Below, in pieces: positions 1-12,320 of a DNA stretch of 64,000 bases. Numbering within the stretch: the stretch's first letter is position 1; the number at the start of each line of letters is the position of its first letter. Source of the DNA: Octopus bimaculoides (Eukaryota); NCBI RefSeq assembly GCF_001194135.2, contig NC_068982.1, positions 105,542,843 through 105,606,842 of the forward strand. The letters are read 5' to 3'. The position numbers and the translations under genes are program-made. Under the pieces are notes generated by a model that was given only the letters and a program-made list of their open reading frames with translations, was not told the DNA's origin and made no database searches.

Positions 1-12
1 ACAAAAATAAAT

Positions 13-135
13 TCAGTTTTTAGAAGCTTTGCCCAACTGGAGTGATGATGATGATGAGGCAGAACCACTCATCTGGGATTCAGCTTTTGTAGTTGATATC
101 TTCAGTTCTTCAGCCTTCATTGACATTTGATAGAC
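13..135. other. Possible terminal exon fragment of an unidentified gene, truncated by the N-gap
   Basis: The minus strand is open from 135 to a TGA at 15-13 (VYQMSMKAEELKISTTKAESQMSGSASSSSSLQLGKASKN*). The plus strand is also open after a tttttag acceptor-like site (EALPNWSDDDDEAEPLIWDSAFVVDIFSSSAFIDI*). I recognise no homology and cannot resolve the strand. Confidence 0.2.
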
Positions 136-516
136 NNNNNNNNNNNNNNNNNNNNNNNNNNNNNNNNNNNNNNNNNNNNNNNNNNNNNNNNNNNNNNNNN
201 NNNNNNNNNNNNNNNNNNNNNNNNNNNNNNNNNNNNNNNNNNNNNNNNNNNNNNNNNNNNNNNNNNNNNNNNNNNNNNNNNNNNNNNNNNNNNNNNNNNN
301 NNNNNNNNNNNNNNNNNNNNNNNNNNNNNNNNNNNNNNNNNNNNNNNNNNNNNNNNNNNNNNNNNNNNNNNNNNNNNNNNNNNNNNNNNNNNNNNNNNNN
401 NNNNNNNNNNNNNNNNNNNNNNNNNNNNNNNNNNNNNNNNNNNNNNNNNNNNNNNNNNNNNNNNNNNNNNNNNNNNNNNNNNNNNNNNNNNNNNNATAGG
501 TATTTCATTTCATATC

Positions 517-608
517 GGCGACCTCTGATGAGCGTAGGGTTATATAACCGGATTGTTACCTAGCACTCCATTGTACCCCTAGTGTGAAACCGATTGGTAA
601 GATCAGCC
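517..608 (+). ncRNA. Type I minimal hammerhead ribozyme (Penelope/retrozyme type)
   Basis: Stem I GGCGACCT (517-524) pairs imperfectly with AGATCAGCC (600-608). Core CTGATGA is at 525-531. Stem II GCGTAGGGT (532-540) pairs imperfectly with the ACCC...AGTGT segment (575-585). GAAA is at 586-589. Stem III is ACC-gatt-GGT, with a GUA cleavage triplet at 597-599. An AT-rich tail and (TA)n follow. Confidence 0.75.
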
Positions 609-631
609 ATGATGAATATATAATACTGTAC

Positions 632-638
632 ACTTTGG

Positions 639-672
<34 letters not shown>
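632..672. repeat. (TA)n microsatellite
   Basis: Uninterrupted TA run seen directly. Confidence 0.95.
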
Positions 673-674
<2 letters not shown>

Positions 675-2122
675 GGAACTGGAGGGTTGGTTTGTATGGT
701 CAATTTTCATTTGAAAAATAAATGACACTACTTGCTATATTTTCATTAAAATTTTGCCAAAACTTTTTTCTAATACCACAACTACATGTTTGTTTCACTG
801 TAAGAAGTAACCATGACGATCGTAATTCAATATGCTGATGAAAACAAATATTATGGATTCGCTTTTTTGCTATCATTTGAGGCAGAATATTTATGAAAGT
901 TGTTATGGGAAACACCATTGTAATTGCTTCTATCAAATATATTCCAAGGAAAATGATTCCTTTTTGGAAATGATTTTATACTTCATAGAAAGAAAATTCC
1001 ATTTGTAAATTTGTATGTAACTTATTAAAATTAATTAATGTGCAAACGAGAAAAATCAATTCTTATATAGATTTCCTTAGCAAGAAATATGGCGCTTAAC
1101 TCACTGAAACCAAAATAATTAATTGAAAAAGAATTTTAAAATATTTGCTACAAATATTTCAACATTTAAGCATTAAAATTACTAAAACTTCTTCCAACTT
1201 TTGGTGATGGAATTTACAATAATAAGTGAAATTGGATATTTTTTTTTTAAGACTATGAGAATTTAAATTCACATGTACTTTCATTCCCTGAACAAATTAT
1301 GCATTAAAATATTTGCATACAGGAAAAAAATAAATAAAAGCATAAAAAGAAACCTAAATTGAGACTTTTTCACAATTACGGAATCTAGGATAACAAAAGA
1401 ATGAACAAAATTTCAACTAAAAATTATACCAATTTATCTTGTCATTGGAAATTAAACTACATTTTTGCAGGCTTCATAAAGTGAATAGTAAGTACCATAA
1501 AAATGGATACTTGAGCAGGAATGAATATTAAGTATATATCAAAAGAAGAGTACTGAAACCAAAAAACAAAAAGAAAGTAAAGAAAAAGAAAAATGAAAAG
1601 AAAAAGATAAACAAAAAGAAATAGAAAAAAAGTAAACAAAAACACTAGGCCTGTATGGAACTTGGTGTTGATTTTCATTGCAGTTAATTGCATATCTTCT
1701 TTTTCTCTTGAATTGCTGAGAGACACTTGCATTTAACTCTTTCCATTCAAATAAAATTTGTACCCTATGATTATATGACTTCTGAGATTATTTTTTTGGT
1801 GAGGTTTACAAATACCTACACACATATATTTAAATGTGCGTGTGTATGTGGGTGTGTGTATGTGTGTGTGTGTGTGTATACCCATATGCACATGCGTGTT
1901 TGTATGTTTGTGCATATTTGATTCCATATTTTGTACATTTGAGGTTATGACATTTTCTATGGTCAACAATATGGATTGGAGTATATTTATTGTATCAGCA
2001 TGAAAATGACTGTCTGACTGTATGAACATCATCTCTACACTGCAGCAGCTCTTTTACAGAGAGGCTTCTCAGTTGATCTGGTTGCTTTCTTTGATTAATA
2101 CAAGCATAGACTGTGAGACTTG

Positions 2123-2519
2123 TGGAGGCGCAATGGCCCAGTGGTTAGGGCAGTGGACTCGCGGTCATAGGATCGTAGTTTCGATTCCCATACCAGGCAT
2201 TGTGAGTGTTTATTGAGCGAAAACACCTAAAGCTCCACAAGGCTCCGGCAGGAGATGATGGCGAACCCTGCTGTACTCTTTCACCACAACTTTCTCTCAC
2301 TCTTACTTCCTGTTTCTGTTGTGCCTGTAATTCAAAGGGTCAGCCTTGTCACCCTGTGTCACGCTGAATATCCCCAAGAACTACGTTAAGGGTACACGTG
2401 TCTGTGGAGTGCTCAGCCACTTGCACGTTAATTTCACGAGCAGGCTGTTCCGTTGATCGGATCAACTGGAACCCTCGACGTCGTAAGCGACGGAGTGCCA
2501 ACAACAAGAACAACAACAG
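2123..2519 (+). mobile_element. tRNA-derived SINE (octopus OR-like family), copy 1
   Basis: tRNA-like head (TGGCCCAGTGG...GTTTCGATTCCC), ~390-bp body shared with the copies at 4538, 14731 and 39176, (CAA)n tail, and tgtgagac flanking both ends. Confidence 0.9.
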
Positions 2520-3167
2520 ATTGTGAGACAACCAAAACAATAAAAAGGCTGTAAATCTATCAGGAATATTTTCTGGATTATGAAAAGTATTAAGTTATAT
2601 CCCTACAATACTAATTATTGATTGAGCATACTTATGATCAAAGGCATTCTAAATATCTTTTTAGGGGGTTCTGGGACATTATTCTGTCAAAAGTAATATT
2701 TATTTATTCACACTGTTTTGAATTAATCATGCATAAACTTGTAGCTTTCAGATATTGATGGGCTAACCATTAATTTTTAGAATGATATTGTAGGATTTTG
2801 TGTGAGAGGTCAGACCTGGCCAGTTTGAGCATAAAACAGGTAGAATATTTTGGCTGGATATGGTCAGTTTAAATGCTAAAGGGTTAAAGGAGATTTAGCA
2901 GTCATTTCTAGCACATTAAACAGTCACATACAGGCTTTTTCATCAGCTTATAATTAATCAATATGTTGTTACTGGCTAATCCTGACATTCCAGCCATGAC
3001 CATCCCATAATTTTAGAGGTATCTAATGCTACCTTGTCTAATACTTTTGCCACTTTTTTAAGATTGTGTAGTGTGATTTTCAGGGGTTTGGGCTGCTGTT
3101 TCCAACAATTGACTCATAGTTAATCATTATTGACTTTTACAGTCAATAATGCACTGAAAAATAGTCA

Positions 3168-3442
3168 TCATCATCATCATCATCATTATCGTTTAACGTC
3201 CGGCTTCCATGCTAGCATGGGTTGGACGATTTGACTGAGGACTGGCAAGCCAGAAGGTTGCACCAGGCTCCAATCTGATCTGGCAGAGTTTCTACAGCTA
3301 GATGCCCTTCCTAACGCTAACCACTCCAAGAGTGTAGTGGGTGCTTTTACGTGCCATCGGCATGAGGGCCAGTCACACGGTACTAGCAACGGCCATGCTC
3401 AAAAAGGTGTTTTTTACGTGCCACCTGCATGGGAGCCAGTCT
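3168..3442 (-). mobile_element. 5'-truncated RTE LINE 3' UTR fragment with (GAT)n tail
   Basis: Matches the 3' end of the RT-bearing RTE copy at 52330-53875. (CAT)n at the left end. Confidence 0.85.
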
Positions 3443-3509
3443 GCAAGTGTTAAGAGAAAGTCAGAGAAAAGTTAATGCAAGATAGGGTTAGTTTGGATTG
3501 TAGTTTAGG

Positions 3510-3985
3510 CACAGGCATGGCTTTGTGGTTAAGAAGCTCACTTTGCAACTATGTAGTTTCAGGTTCAATCCCTACTGCATGGCACCTTGGACAAGTGTCT
3601 TTTACTATAGTCCTTAACTGGCAAATGCCTTGTGAGTAAATTTGGTAGATGGAAACTGTGGAAGCCCATCATCTATATGTGTGTGTGTGTGTGTGCATGT
3701 GTGTATGGACACAAAGATACACACACACACACATATATATGTATACACACACACAATTATATGTGTATGTGTGTATCTTTGTGTTCGTCTCTCCTACCCA
3801 CAGCTTGACAGCCAGTGTTAGTTTGTTTACATCCTATAATGTAGCAGTTCAGCAAAAGAGACTGACAGAATAAGTACCAGACTTAAAAATGAGTACTGCG
3901 GTTGATTTGTTTGACTAAACCCATCAAAGTGGCACCCCAGCATGGTCACAGTCCAATGACTGAAACAAGTAAAAGATAAAAGATA
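3510..3985 (+). mobile_element. Second tRNA-derived SINE family with internal (TG/CA)n
   Basis: Head GGCATGGCTTTGTGGTTAAG...GGTTCAATCCC...CCTTGGACAAGTGTC. Partial relatives occur near 10335, 13280, 22620, 23710, 29780 and 61290. Confidence 0.7.
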
Positions 3986-4537
3986 CAGATGGAACCATAT
4001 ATGCCACACTCTAAGAGGATAATCAGAAAGTATTTCTTAGCTAAGCATAAACAATTCTATTTTGCATTTTTCAAGCTAAAGAAAACCTTTGACAATACAA
4101 CACTCTGTGGTTTGGTGTTAATAATACAATACACTATTGTTAAAGGTTAGGTCAGTGACTTGTAAAAACTTCCTTGATGGTCTGTGTTACATCAACGAAT
4201 AATCAAAAGGAAATATGACATCATCATCAACAACAACAACAACAACAACAACAGCAGCAGCAGCAGCAGCAACATTTTCCAAGCTGGTGTGGGCTGGACA
4301 GCTTGACAGGAATTGACAAGGCCAGGGGCTGCACCAAGTTCCATAGTTTGTTTTGGCTTGGTTTCTATGGCAAGATGCCCTTCCTAATGTCAACCATGGG
4401 TGTGTTTTATGTGGCACCATCATGTGGTTGTTAAATATGTCACGAGGAAAGGATAAATTCATACTTATGCTGATTAACAACATGCATGTGCACACACATA
4501 CACACATCTGTTTTCTACTGTTTTATTTTGTGTGCTG

Positions 4538-4923
4538 TGGAGGCGCAATGGTCCAGTGGTTAGGGCAGCAGACTCACGGTCATAGGATCGCGGTTTCGGT
4601 TCCCAGACCGGGTGTTGTGAGTGTTTATTGAGCAAAAACACCTAAAGCTCTATGAGTCTCCGGCAGGGGATGGTGGCGAACCCTGCTGTACTCTTCCACC
4701 ACAACTTTCTCTCACTCTTACTTCCTGTTTCTGTTGTGCCTGTAATTCAAAGGGTCAACCTTGTCACACTGTGTCATGCTGAATATCCCCGAGAACTACG
4801 TTAAGGGTACACGTGTCTGTGGATTGCTCAGCCACTTGCACGTTAATTTCACGAGCAGGCTGTTCTGTTGATCGGATCAACTGGAACCCTCGACGTCATA
4901 AGCGACGGAGTGCCAACAACAAC
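4538..4923 (+). mobile_element. tRNA-derived SINE (OR-like), copy 2
   Basis: Same body as copy 1. 12-bp TSD attttgtgtgct at 4525-4536 and 4924-4935. Confidence 0.92.
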
Positions 4924-5611
4924 ATTTTGTGTGCTATAAATGTATACTTTTAGCTTTCATTGCAGTTTTTCTACATCTGACTTATGACTGCTTTATTTCC
5001 TCACTTGAACCCTTTTGACACACATACTAATTAGCTTCTACTTACCATTGCTTCTTGTGAATGTCAGCATTTCCACCAACCATACATCTCCAACCTTCTC
5101 AGAAACCACATACTAAGCAACCAACTTGTGACTTCACCACTGTGACTTCAGTTTAACTGGAGATAAAAGCCTGAACCCAAAACATAGCAATTTGAATACT
5201 GAAAACGAAGTTGCTCACCTTAATTTTCAATCTTCCTCCTTTCTCAATGCAAATTACAGATCTAGGATTAGCTGTGTTGGATACCAATCCAGGATTTTGA
5301 AGCTGAGGGATGGGGTTCATAACCTAGGATAGGAACCTACTCCAAGTACAGTCAGCCACAGTCAGATGAGCATGGGACTGGTATAAGGCGGGACGATCAC
5401 ACTCTGTTGTCATGACTGAGGTCCCTACCCGCTACCTACTTCATAAGGAGTTGGAGAAACTAAGAGGCTAAGAGTAACAGAAAGCACAAAATCCCATTAG
5501 TGTCAGCCAGCTTGAGAATTTCTAGCTGCTGAATCAATCTCAAATTACATTCTACCATCTTAAAAAAATAGAAAGGAAAGATAGATTGGTTAATGTAAAG
5601 CTAAAGGCATT

Positions 5612-5762
5612 ACATCATCATCAACATCGTTTAATGTCCACCTTCCATGCTGGCATGGGTTGGATGGTTTGACAGGAGCTGGGCAGGCAGAAGACTACAC
5701 CAGACTTCTGTGTTTGTTTTGGCATTGTTTTACGGCTGGATGCCCTTCCTGACACCAACCAC
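5612..5762 (-). mobile_element. Older RTE-type 3' end fragment
   Basis: (CAT)n followed by cgtttaatgtcc...tggatgcccttcct, the same tail motif as the other RTE ends. Confidence 0.7.
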
Positions 5763-6277
5763 CCAGCAGATTGGACTGAATGGACTGAATTAAAATAATA
5801 CAATCTGATATTGCAAGCCTTTGATCATACATCTGCTTGAGCAGAGATGACCTGCAGCCAAGCAACAGCAACAACAAGCAAAACATACTAGCAGCAAAGA
5901 CAACAACAACAAAAGCAATTCAATGTCATCTAAAAATAATGACTAATTGTATACAATACTGAGGTGCACTAGGGTTAAGGGTAGAGACCCTCTTCAGTCA
6001 TGAATAACCATAGAATTGCACAAAGAAAGTTCACCACCAAGGCACAAGTCCATGCAAAATTGTTTGTGGAAGACCAGCAGTTGCCCATACATACCAGTCT
6101 CCCCTCTCCTTGGCAGCACTGATGTTGCTATTCATTTCTACAGCTGAGTGAACTGGAGCAACATGAAATAAAGTGTCCTACTCAAGAAAACAACAGACAG
6201 CTCAGTCCAGGAATCAAACTCACAGTGTGTAAGGCCAGTACTTTAACCATTGAGTCTTCATTTGTGGTGTACTAGAC

Positions 6278-6575
6278 CAGGGGTTTTCAAACTGTGGTCC
6301 GCGGACCACAGGGGGTCCGCAAGGACAAGACAGGGGGTCCATAGACAGCAAATACTTTTTATGGGCAATTTGATTTTATATATGTTTTTTTAATCAAAGT
6401 CTTTTAATTGACAATAAACCTATTTGTTAAATACTGTTAAATAAATAAATGTAAAAATATATGTTATTTTAAGCAAATATTTGTGTATAAATTTCATAAG
6501 CGTTTATAAGGGGGTCCCTAAGGTAAAGCCTGAAATATAAAGGGGTCCGCAAGTCAAAAAGTTTGAAAACCCCTG
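6278..6575. mobile_element. hAT (Charlie-like) MITE
   Basis: 16-bp TIR CAGGGGTTTTCAAACT / AGTTTGAAAACCCCTG. 8-bp TSD tactagac / cactagac. Internal GGGGTCCGC subterminal motifs. Confidence 0.9.
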
Positions 6576-6729
6576 CACTAGACTACAACTCATCATAAAA
6601 AGGGGTTAAAAATTAGGAAATAAAGCAGTCATAAGTCAGATGAAGAAAGACTGTAATGAAAGCTAAAAGAATACATTTATAGTACACAAAATAAAACAGT
6701 AGAAGACAGAAAAAGGAACATTAAAAGAC

Positions 6730-7650
6730 TCATAGAGAAGAAAGGGTGCAGAGGCATGTCAGGAGGCATGGAATTTTTGAAGGATGCAGAGTCCTGACAG
6801 CAAACAATTGACATGGGTAGTTTATTCCACACTGCAACAATTCTGAACATGAAAAATGTTTCCAGAAGTCATGGTTGCTGCACTGTTTCTTTTTTAATTT
6901 TATATGCATATCCACAATTGGTAGAGGTATTGAATTCACAAAGGTGGTCAAAGCTGTTGTTGGAAAGATGGTGAATAATCTTGTTGGCTTCTACCAAGTC
7001 AGCTGCTAGATGTTGAACTTTAGTGTGCCAATGCCCAGAGAAGCAATACATTGAAGATAAAGTGACTTACAGAGGGCATTCATCTGGTTGTAAATCTTTG
7101 GACAACTTCTGGTAGTTCAATATTCTGGCCAAGATGGAGTTTCCAGATTTGAGATGCAAACTGTATAGATGGGTTAGAGCCATATATAGCTTTATATAGA
7201 TAACTGGTAAGTGCATGATAAATGTCTAACTGAGTGATGTTAAGATACCTTCAGTCTTTTTACAATTTTAGAAATGTGGTTTGTCCAGTGTAGATCATTG
7301 TTGACAATAATGTCAAGGTCTTGCTCACCAGCAGATATCATAAAGCTGGTATTTACCAATTGAATTTTTTCTCCCAAAAATGTATAGAGGTGTACTTATC
7401 TAGAGTTAGCTCGAGTTGTCAGTTAGAAATTTATTGCTGCATTGTGCCCATGTCAGATTGCAGGTAAGATCTTTAGTACATAGGATCTGTTCTTTTTATT
7501 TCAAGGCACAGCCTATTGTCATCAACATATTCTAACACAGTAACATGCTTCAAGTTGCCATCTATTTTGTTAATGTATGCAACAAATAACAGGGAACCAA
7601 AAACAGATCCATGCAGGATACCAGATGTTATTCCAGTATGAATGTTATTG
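6730..7650 (-). mobile_element. Degenerate CR1/L2-clade LINE reverse transcriptase relic
   Basis: Minus-strand translation gives SGILHGSVFGSLLFVAYINKI...LEYVDD (RT GVPQGS/YADD region), followed by EVVQRFTTR and DLVEANKII. Multiple stops and frameshifts. Confidence 0.75.
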
Positions 7651-7689
7651 TAATTAATCTAGTGCTTATCTCTAACTGTGGAAGGAACC

Positions 7690-8375
7690 TGTAGAAGAGG
7701 TAGACCCAGGAAAACATGGGATGAGGTGGTGAAGCATGATCTTTAAACATGGGCCTCACAGAAGCAATGATTAGTGACTGAGACCTTTGGTAATGTGCCA
7801 TGCTTGAGAAGACCTGTCAAGCCAAGTGAAATTGTAGTAGTGGCTGATGCTGGTCTCATGTAACTGGCACCCATGCTGGTGGCATGTAAAAAGTACCCTT
7901 TGAGTGTTGGGTCTCATGGAGGCAACTGACACATGTGCCAGTGCACATAAAAAACACCTTTCGGGTGTTGGGCCTCATGGAGGCAATGTGGCCAATGCTG
8001 CTGTCACGTAACTGGTATCCGTGCTAGTGGGACATAAAGAGCACCTTTTGAGCATTGGGTCTTATGGAGGCAATGACAAATGATCAAAACCTTCGGGCAA
8101 TATGCTGTTCTTGAGAAGAAGCCCCATCAAGCCAAGTGAAATCATAGTCATGGCAGATACTTGTGTCATGCAACTGGCACCCGTGCTGGTGACATATAAA
8201 AGCACCCATTACACTCTTGGGGTAATTGGTGTTAGGAAAAGCATCCAGCTGTAGAAACCATGCCAAATCAGACTGGAGTCTGGTGCAGCCCCTTAGCTTA
8301 CCAGCCCTGGTCAAACCGACCAATCCATGCCAGTATGAACAACAGACATTAAATGATGGTGATGATAATGATGAG
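7690..8375 (+). mobile_element. RTE-type 3' end (ORF end plus repetitive 3' UTR and (GAT)n tail), variant subfamily
   Basis: GGAACCTGT...AGGTAGACCCAGGAAAACATGGGATGAGGTGGTGAAGCATGATC encodes the RTE C-terminal GRPRKTWDEVVKHDL motif. Tandem ~60-bp units and a GAT tail follow. Confidence 0.8.
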
Positions 8376-8571
8376 TGACTATTTCTTTTCAATGAAGAAT
8401 GCACAACTAACCAGTCATAAAGATTGATCATCATGCCCACTGCAGAGCTTTACTATAAGTCATTTGTGTGGTGCAAGATTAAAGGCTTTGGTCATGTGGA
8501 GATAAATAACATCCACCCATGACCTGCCGTTTGTGATTAATCTATTCATTAATTTTGTGTCTCATTGACAC

Positions 8572-9210
8572 TGTTATGTCCTTCTTTGAACTCACTGTAT
8601 ATGCCACTTTATAACATGGACTTATAACAAGGTTATAACAATACAAATATAAATCAGAAACAACACGTAACAAATAATATCTCTTCTCAACAACTTCTAC
8701 AACTGTCTTCAGAAAGCACCGGCATACACCAAAGTGTTTTTTGACTGCAACAATAATTGCAACAACTGTTGATTTTGTTGTTGTTGTAGTTGCCGTTGCA
8801 ACTGTTGCTGCTGCTGTTGTTGTTGTTGTAGTTGCCGCTGCAATTGAACCATGGAAACCAACAGAGTTATCTACCTTATCTAGCAGTATTTAATGATAAT
8901 AGCAAGGTCTTCCATGCTAAGAACGTCCACTGAGAGCTTCAAATGTTTTATCGCCACTGTTATGTCCTTCTTTGAACTCACTGTATATGCCACTTTATAA
9001 CGTGGGCTTATAACAAGGTTATAACAATACAAATATAAATCAGAAACAACATGTAACAAACAATATCTCTTCTCAACGACCTCTATGACTGTCTTCACAA
9101 AGCACCTGCACACAACAAACTGTGCTTCACCGACAGTGCACATGCACCTTTATATGGTTCAGGACAGTTGACTTGCTATCCCACAAGGGTGTCAGGATTT
9201 CACCACAACA
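8572..9210 (-). mobile_element. LTR retrotransposon relic (Gypsy-like): LTR, PBS-like site, short Gln-rich ORF, second partial LTR
   Basis: The minus strand begins TGTTGTGG at 9210, contains TATAAA, and ends GGACATAACA at 8958, followed by GTGGCGA. The ~140-bp LTR 3' part recurs at ~8715-8572. A 47-aa poly-Q ORF lies at 8852-8709. No TSD found. Confidence 0.55.
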
Positions 9211-9699
9211 AATAATAACCATTCTGCTACTTTTGTGAGTTTGTGAGTTCAATATAATCCAGGTAAGCTATCATTGCTTTAGCCCTAACCACAATATTCT
9301 GCCTCCACTAATGAGTAAACTTCCATTTTATTGTTTCATGTGATTCATTAAAACTTCATTTGTGAACTCTACAATACTTTCTTGTGATGTGGTCAATTTG
9401 ATAGCCATAATTTATTTTGGTGAACTGGATCATGCATGGAATTATAGATAGGAATTTTGATTGTAGCAGTTATTCTCAAAGACATCAGCCAACATATTAT
9501 GGCATAGCAGACTATTCAAGCTATATTTAGAACACATTTAAGAAGACTGTTAATCCTTTGAAACTGAAAGTACACTTTAGCAGGCATGATTTTGTTTGAC
9601 GATAACCTTACAAGATGCAAAAGTGAATAGCATCATCATCATTAACAACCATCTTCCCTGCTGGCATGAGTTGGACAGTTTGACATGAGCTAGGCAAGC

Positions 9700-10030
9700 T
9701 GAAGACCTTATTACTGTTGTTGGTAAAAAAAAAAAGGGCCTTCTCCTCAGAATGAAAGGTTTATTGTATGATGCCTGTGTATAAGCAGCTCTGCTACATG
9801 GCAGTGAAGCATGGGCTGCAACTGCAGAGGATATGTGAAGGCTTGAAAGAAATGAAGCCAGCATACTCCACTGGATGTGCAATATCAGAGTGCATGTTTA
9901 ACAGAATGTAATGTTTTAGGAAAATTGCATATAAGAGGTGTCAGATGCATGCAAGAGAGAAGACTGTGCTGGTATGGTCATGCAAACAGATGGAGGGAAC
10001 CTGTGGTAGAGGACCCAGGAAGGTGTGGTG
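9700..10030 (+). mobile_element. Degenerate RTE LINE fragment (post-RT region)
   Basis: Similar to 49280-49620 (LYDACV.TA.LHGSE.W...RRL.WYGH). Confidence 0.8.
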
Positions 10031-12104
10031 AGAGCCAACTGAAACAAACTTGTACAGTTCTTCATTCTGACACTTTTCTGCAACACTAGACTCTACTCTT
10101 CTGATCAGTTAGACTGTATTGGATTTCAATTTGATGCATTTATTCCATGAGTGCTTTTCAACTGTATCATTTAAAAAAAAATTTGCTTTATTAAACGACA
10201 CATGTAATACTTCATTCTAACAACTTCACTTGAATTCTCACATTAGTTAATGCTTTCAGAGAATGTAAGTTTCAAGAAACTGGTTTCTTAAATTTTAAGC
10301 AGAAGAGTAACAGTTCTTTTGGGTAGGACAATGGGCAGAGGCATGTCAGTGGATTAAGAAGTTTGCTTTGCAGCAACATGCTTTAGGTTCAATCCAACTG
10401 TGTGGCCTTTTGGGTAGATGACTTCAACCAAGGTTTGTGAATGAAATTTGGTATATAGAAATTGTGTGAATGTCAACAGGAAGGATTCTTCTTGTTCTTG
10501 GGGAAACTTGCTCTGCCACCCTAATTAACATCTCTATTTCACCCTTAGGTACCTTTAGCAGAATCCACTTTAGACTGGAAATCTGACTTGAATGCAAACA
10601 TTCAAGTCAGATTTCCAGTCTAAAGATAACTTCCTCCTTTTTTTTTCTTTCTCATTAGTCTCTGAGGTTCTGGAAAAAATTATAAGCACTGCCCTTCCTC
10701 TTCTAATTCAGACATTAAAAAAAAAGAACTTTCATGGAAAGACTAATTTGTTTCAGACAGCCATGTAAACTGAAGAAAGTAAAATTAATGAAACTCATAA
10801 TACTTGGGCTGATCTCCCAAACCTATCAACTCAGGCAGTTCTCTGGTATCCACTCGCATAAACCCCTATCAAATACTAATCTCTGAAATTTAAGCCAACA
10901 AATGAGCCTGAACAATTTGCAAGAAATAGTATAAAAATTTATCTCAACACACTGTATTTTTTTTTTTTAAGGATGGACATATTGCATAATGTACTTGATA
11001 TGCGATACTTAAGAGGATAATAAAAACTGAAACATCTTTTATCATAGGTTTACTTGGTTAGAGATGACCTGGAGCTAAACAACAACTAACGATTTTAATT
11101 GCATTGTCACAGAATTCTTACATACCTGTAAACATCAACTACACTATCTTAAAATTCTTAACACTTCAACTATATTAACTGCACTGTCTTCTAATTTTTA
11201 ACACCACTCCAAACAGTATAAAAAACATCTAAGAAATTTCAATTCTCTTTAAATATCAAATGATACCCAGCATAGTCCACATTCTGTTATCAAAAGAAAA
11301 CCATTTTAAAAATGATTTTTTTATCATTATTATTGTGAAGAACCCAAGTGATCGGTTTGTCTTGAATATGAAAATGTATACAGAATATTAAATTTATAGT
11401 GGTTATCATGTCATCACTAGGTTTAGATTATGTTAAATTCATTGCACGTTTTCTTTTTCTCTTAAACAATAAATGTTTGAAAAAAAATCACGTTTTACTT
11501 GTTAGAATCTTTCACAAAAATATCCAACCACATAACAAAAGTAATTTAGCAACAGTAGGGATAATATATAAGCACAACACGAAAACGATGATCGTGATTG
11601 ACGTGTTACAGCGCGTCATATAAACTGAAGCCAACAGAGTTATCTACCTTATCTAGCCGTATTTAATGACAATAGCAAGGGCCTTAAATTCTTGACTACA
11701 TGCTCAGTAGTTAAACCTACCATTTCCCATTTGACTTTTGCGAAAACCTTAAAATACACTCCATGTCTTTGGGGGTCCCTAAATACAAAATAATTATATG
11801 TCTTTTTCCATCTTTCACAAAGTCAAGTTCCTTAAGATATTTAATCAAATCACATATTGAAATGTTTGCCACAAAGAAGGTTTGAGAAATCTGTTTAGTC
11901 TGATAACAGCAAGCACATTAGAGAAAAATAAGCTTCCAAAGGAGGAAGTTCAAAACTGTTTTGATTCCTAGTAGTGGTTATTTCACGTCCATAACATTAT
12001 TGTCTTTACAAAAGTCATGAACACTACAGATTGCCATTCCATTCAATAACAGCTCTACAGAGATCATTAAGATACATTATTTCTAGTTTGATATATTCTG
12101 TCAC

Positions 12105-12320
12105 CAAAGGTGGCAAGCTGTCAGAAACGTTAGGATGCCGGGCGAAATGCTTAGTGTTATTTCGTCTGTTTTTATGTTCTGAGTTCAAATTCCGCTGAGG
12201 TTGACTTTGCCTTTCATCTTTTTGGGGTTGATAAATTAAGTACCAGCTGTTTCCTGGGGTAGATCTAATCGATAAGCCCCCAAAATTTTGGGCCTTGTGC
12301 CAAGAGTAGAAAAGGATATA
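12105..12320 (+). mobile_element. tRNA-derived SINE with MetaSINE-like central domain
   Basis: GAGTTCAAATTCC B-box followed by GTTGACTTTGCCTTTCATC...GATAAATTAAGTACCAG. Relatives at ~24955-25150 and ~59130-59240. Confidence 0.65.

Noticed and set aside
93-563. Long ORFs spanning N-gaps (also 35300-36043 and 35318-36022)
   Set aside because: They are artefacts of translating N runs.
1457-1760. Possible minus-strand exon with a KRKRR motif
   Set aside because: There are no convincing splice sites or homology, and the frame runs into low-complexity T-rich sequence.
2022-2540. Recurring ORFs such as GGAMAQWLGQ and LRRRGFQLIRSTEQP
   Set aside because: They are chance frames in the OR-like SINE.
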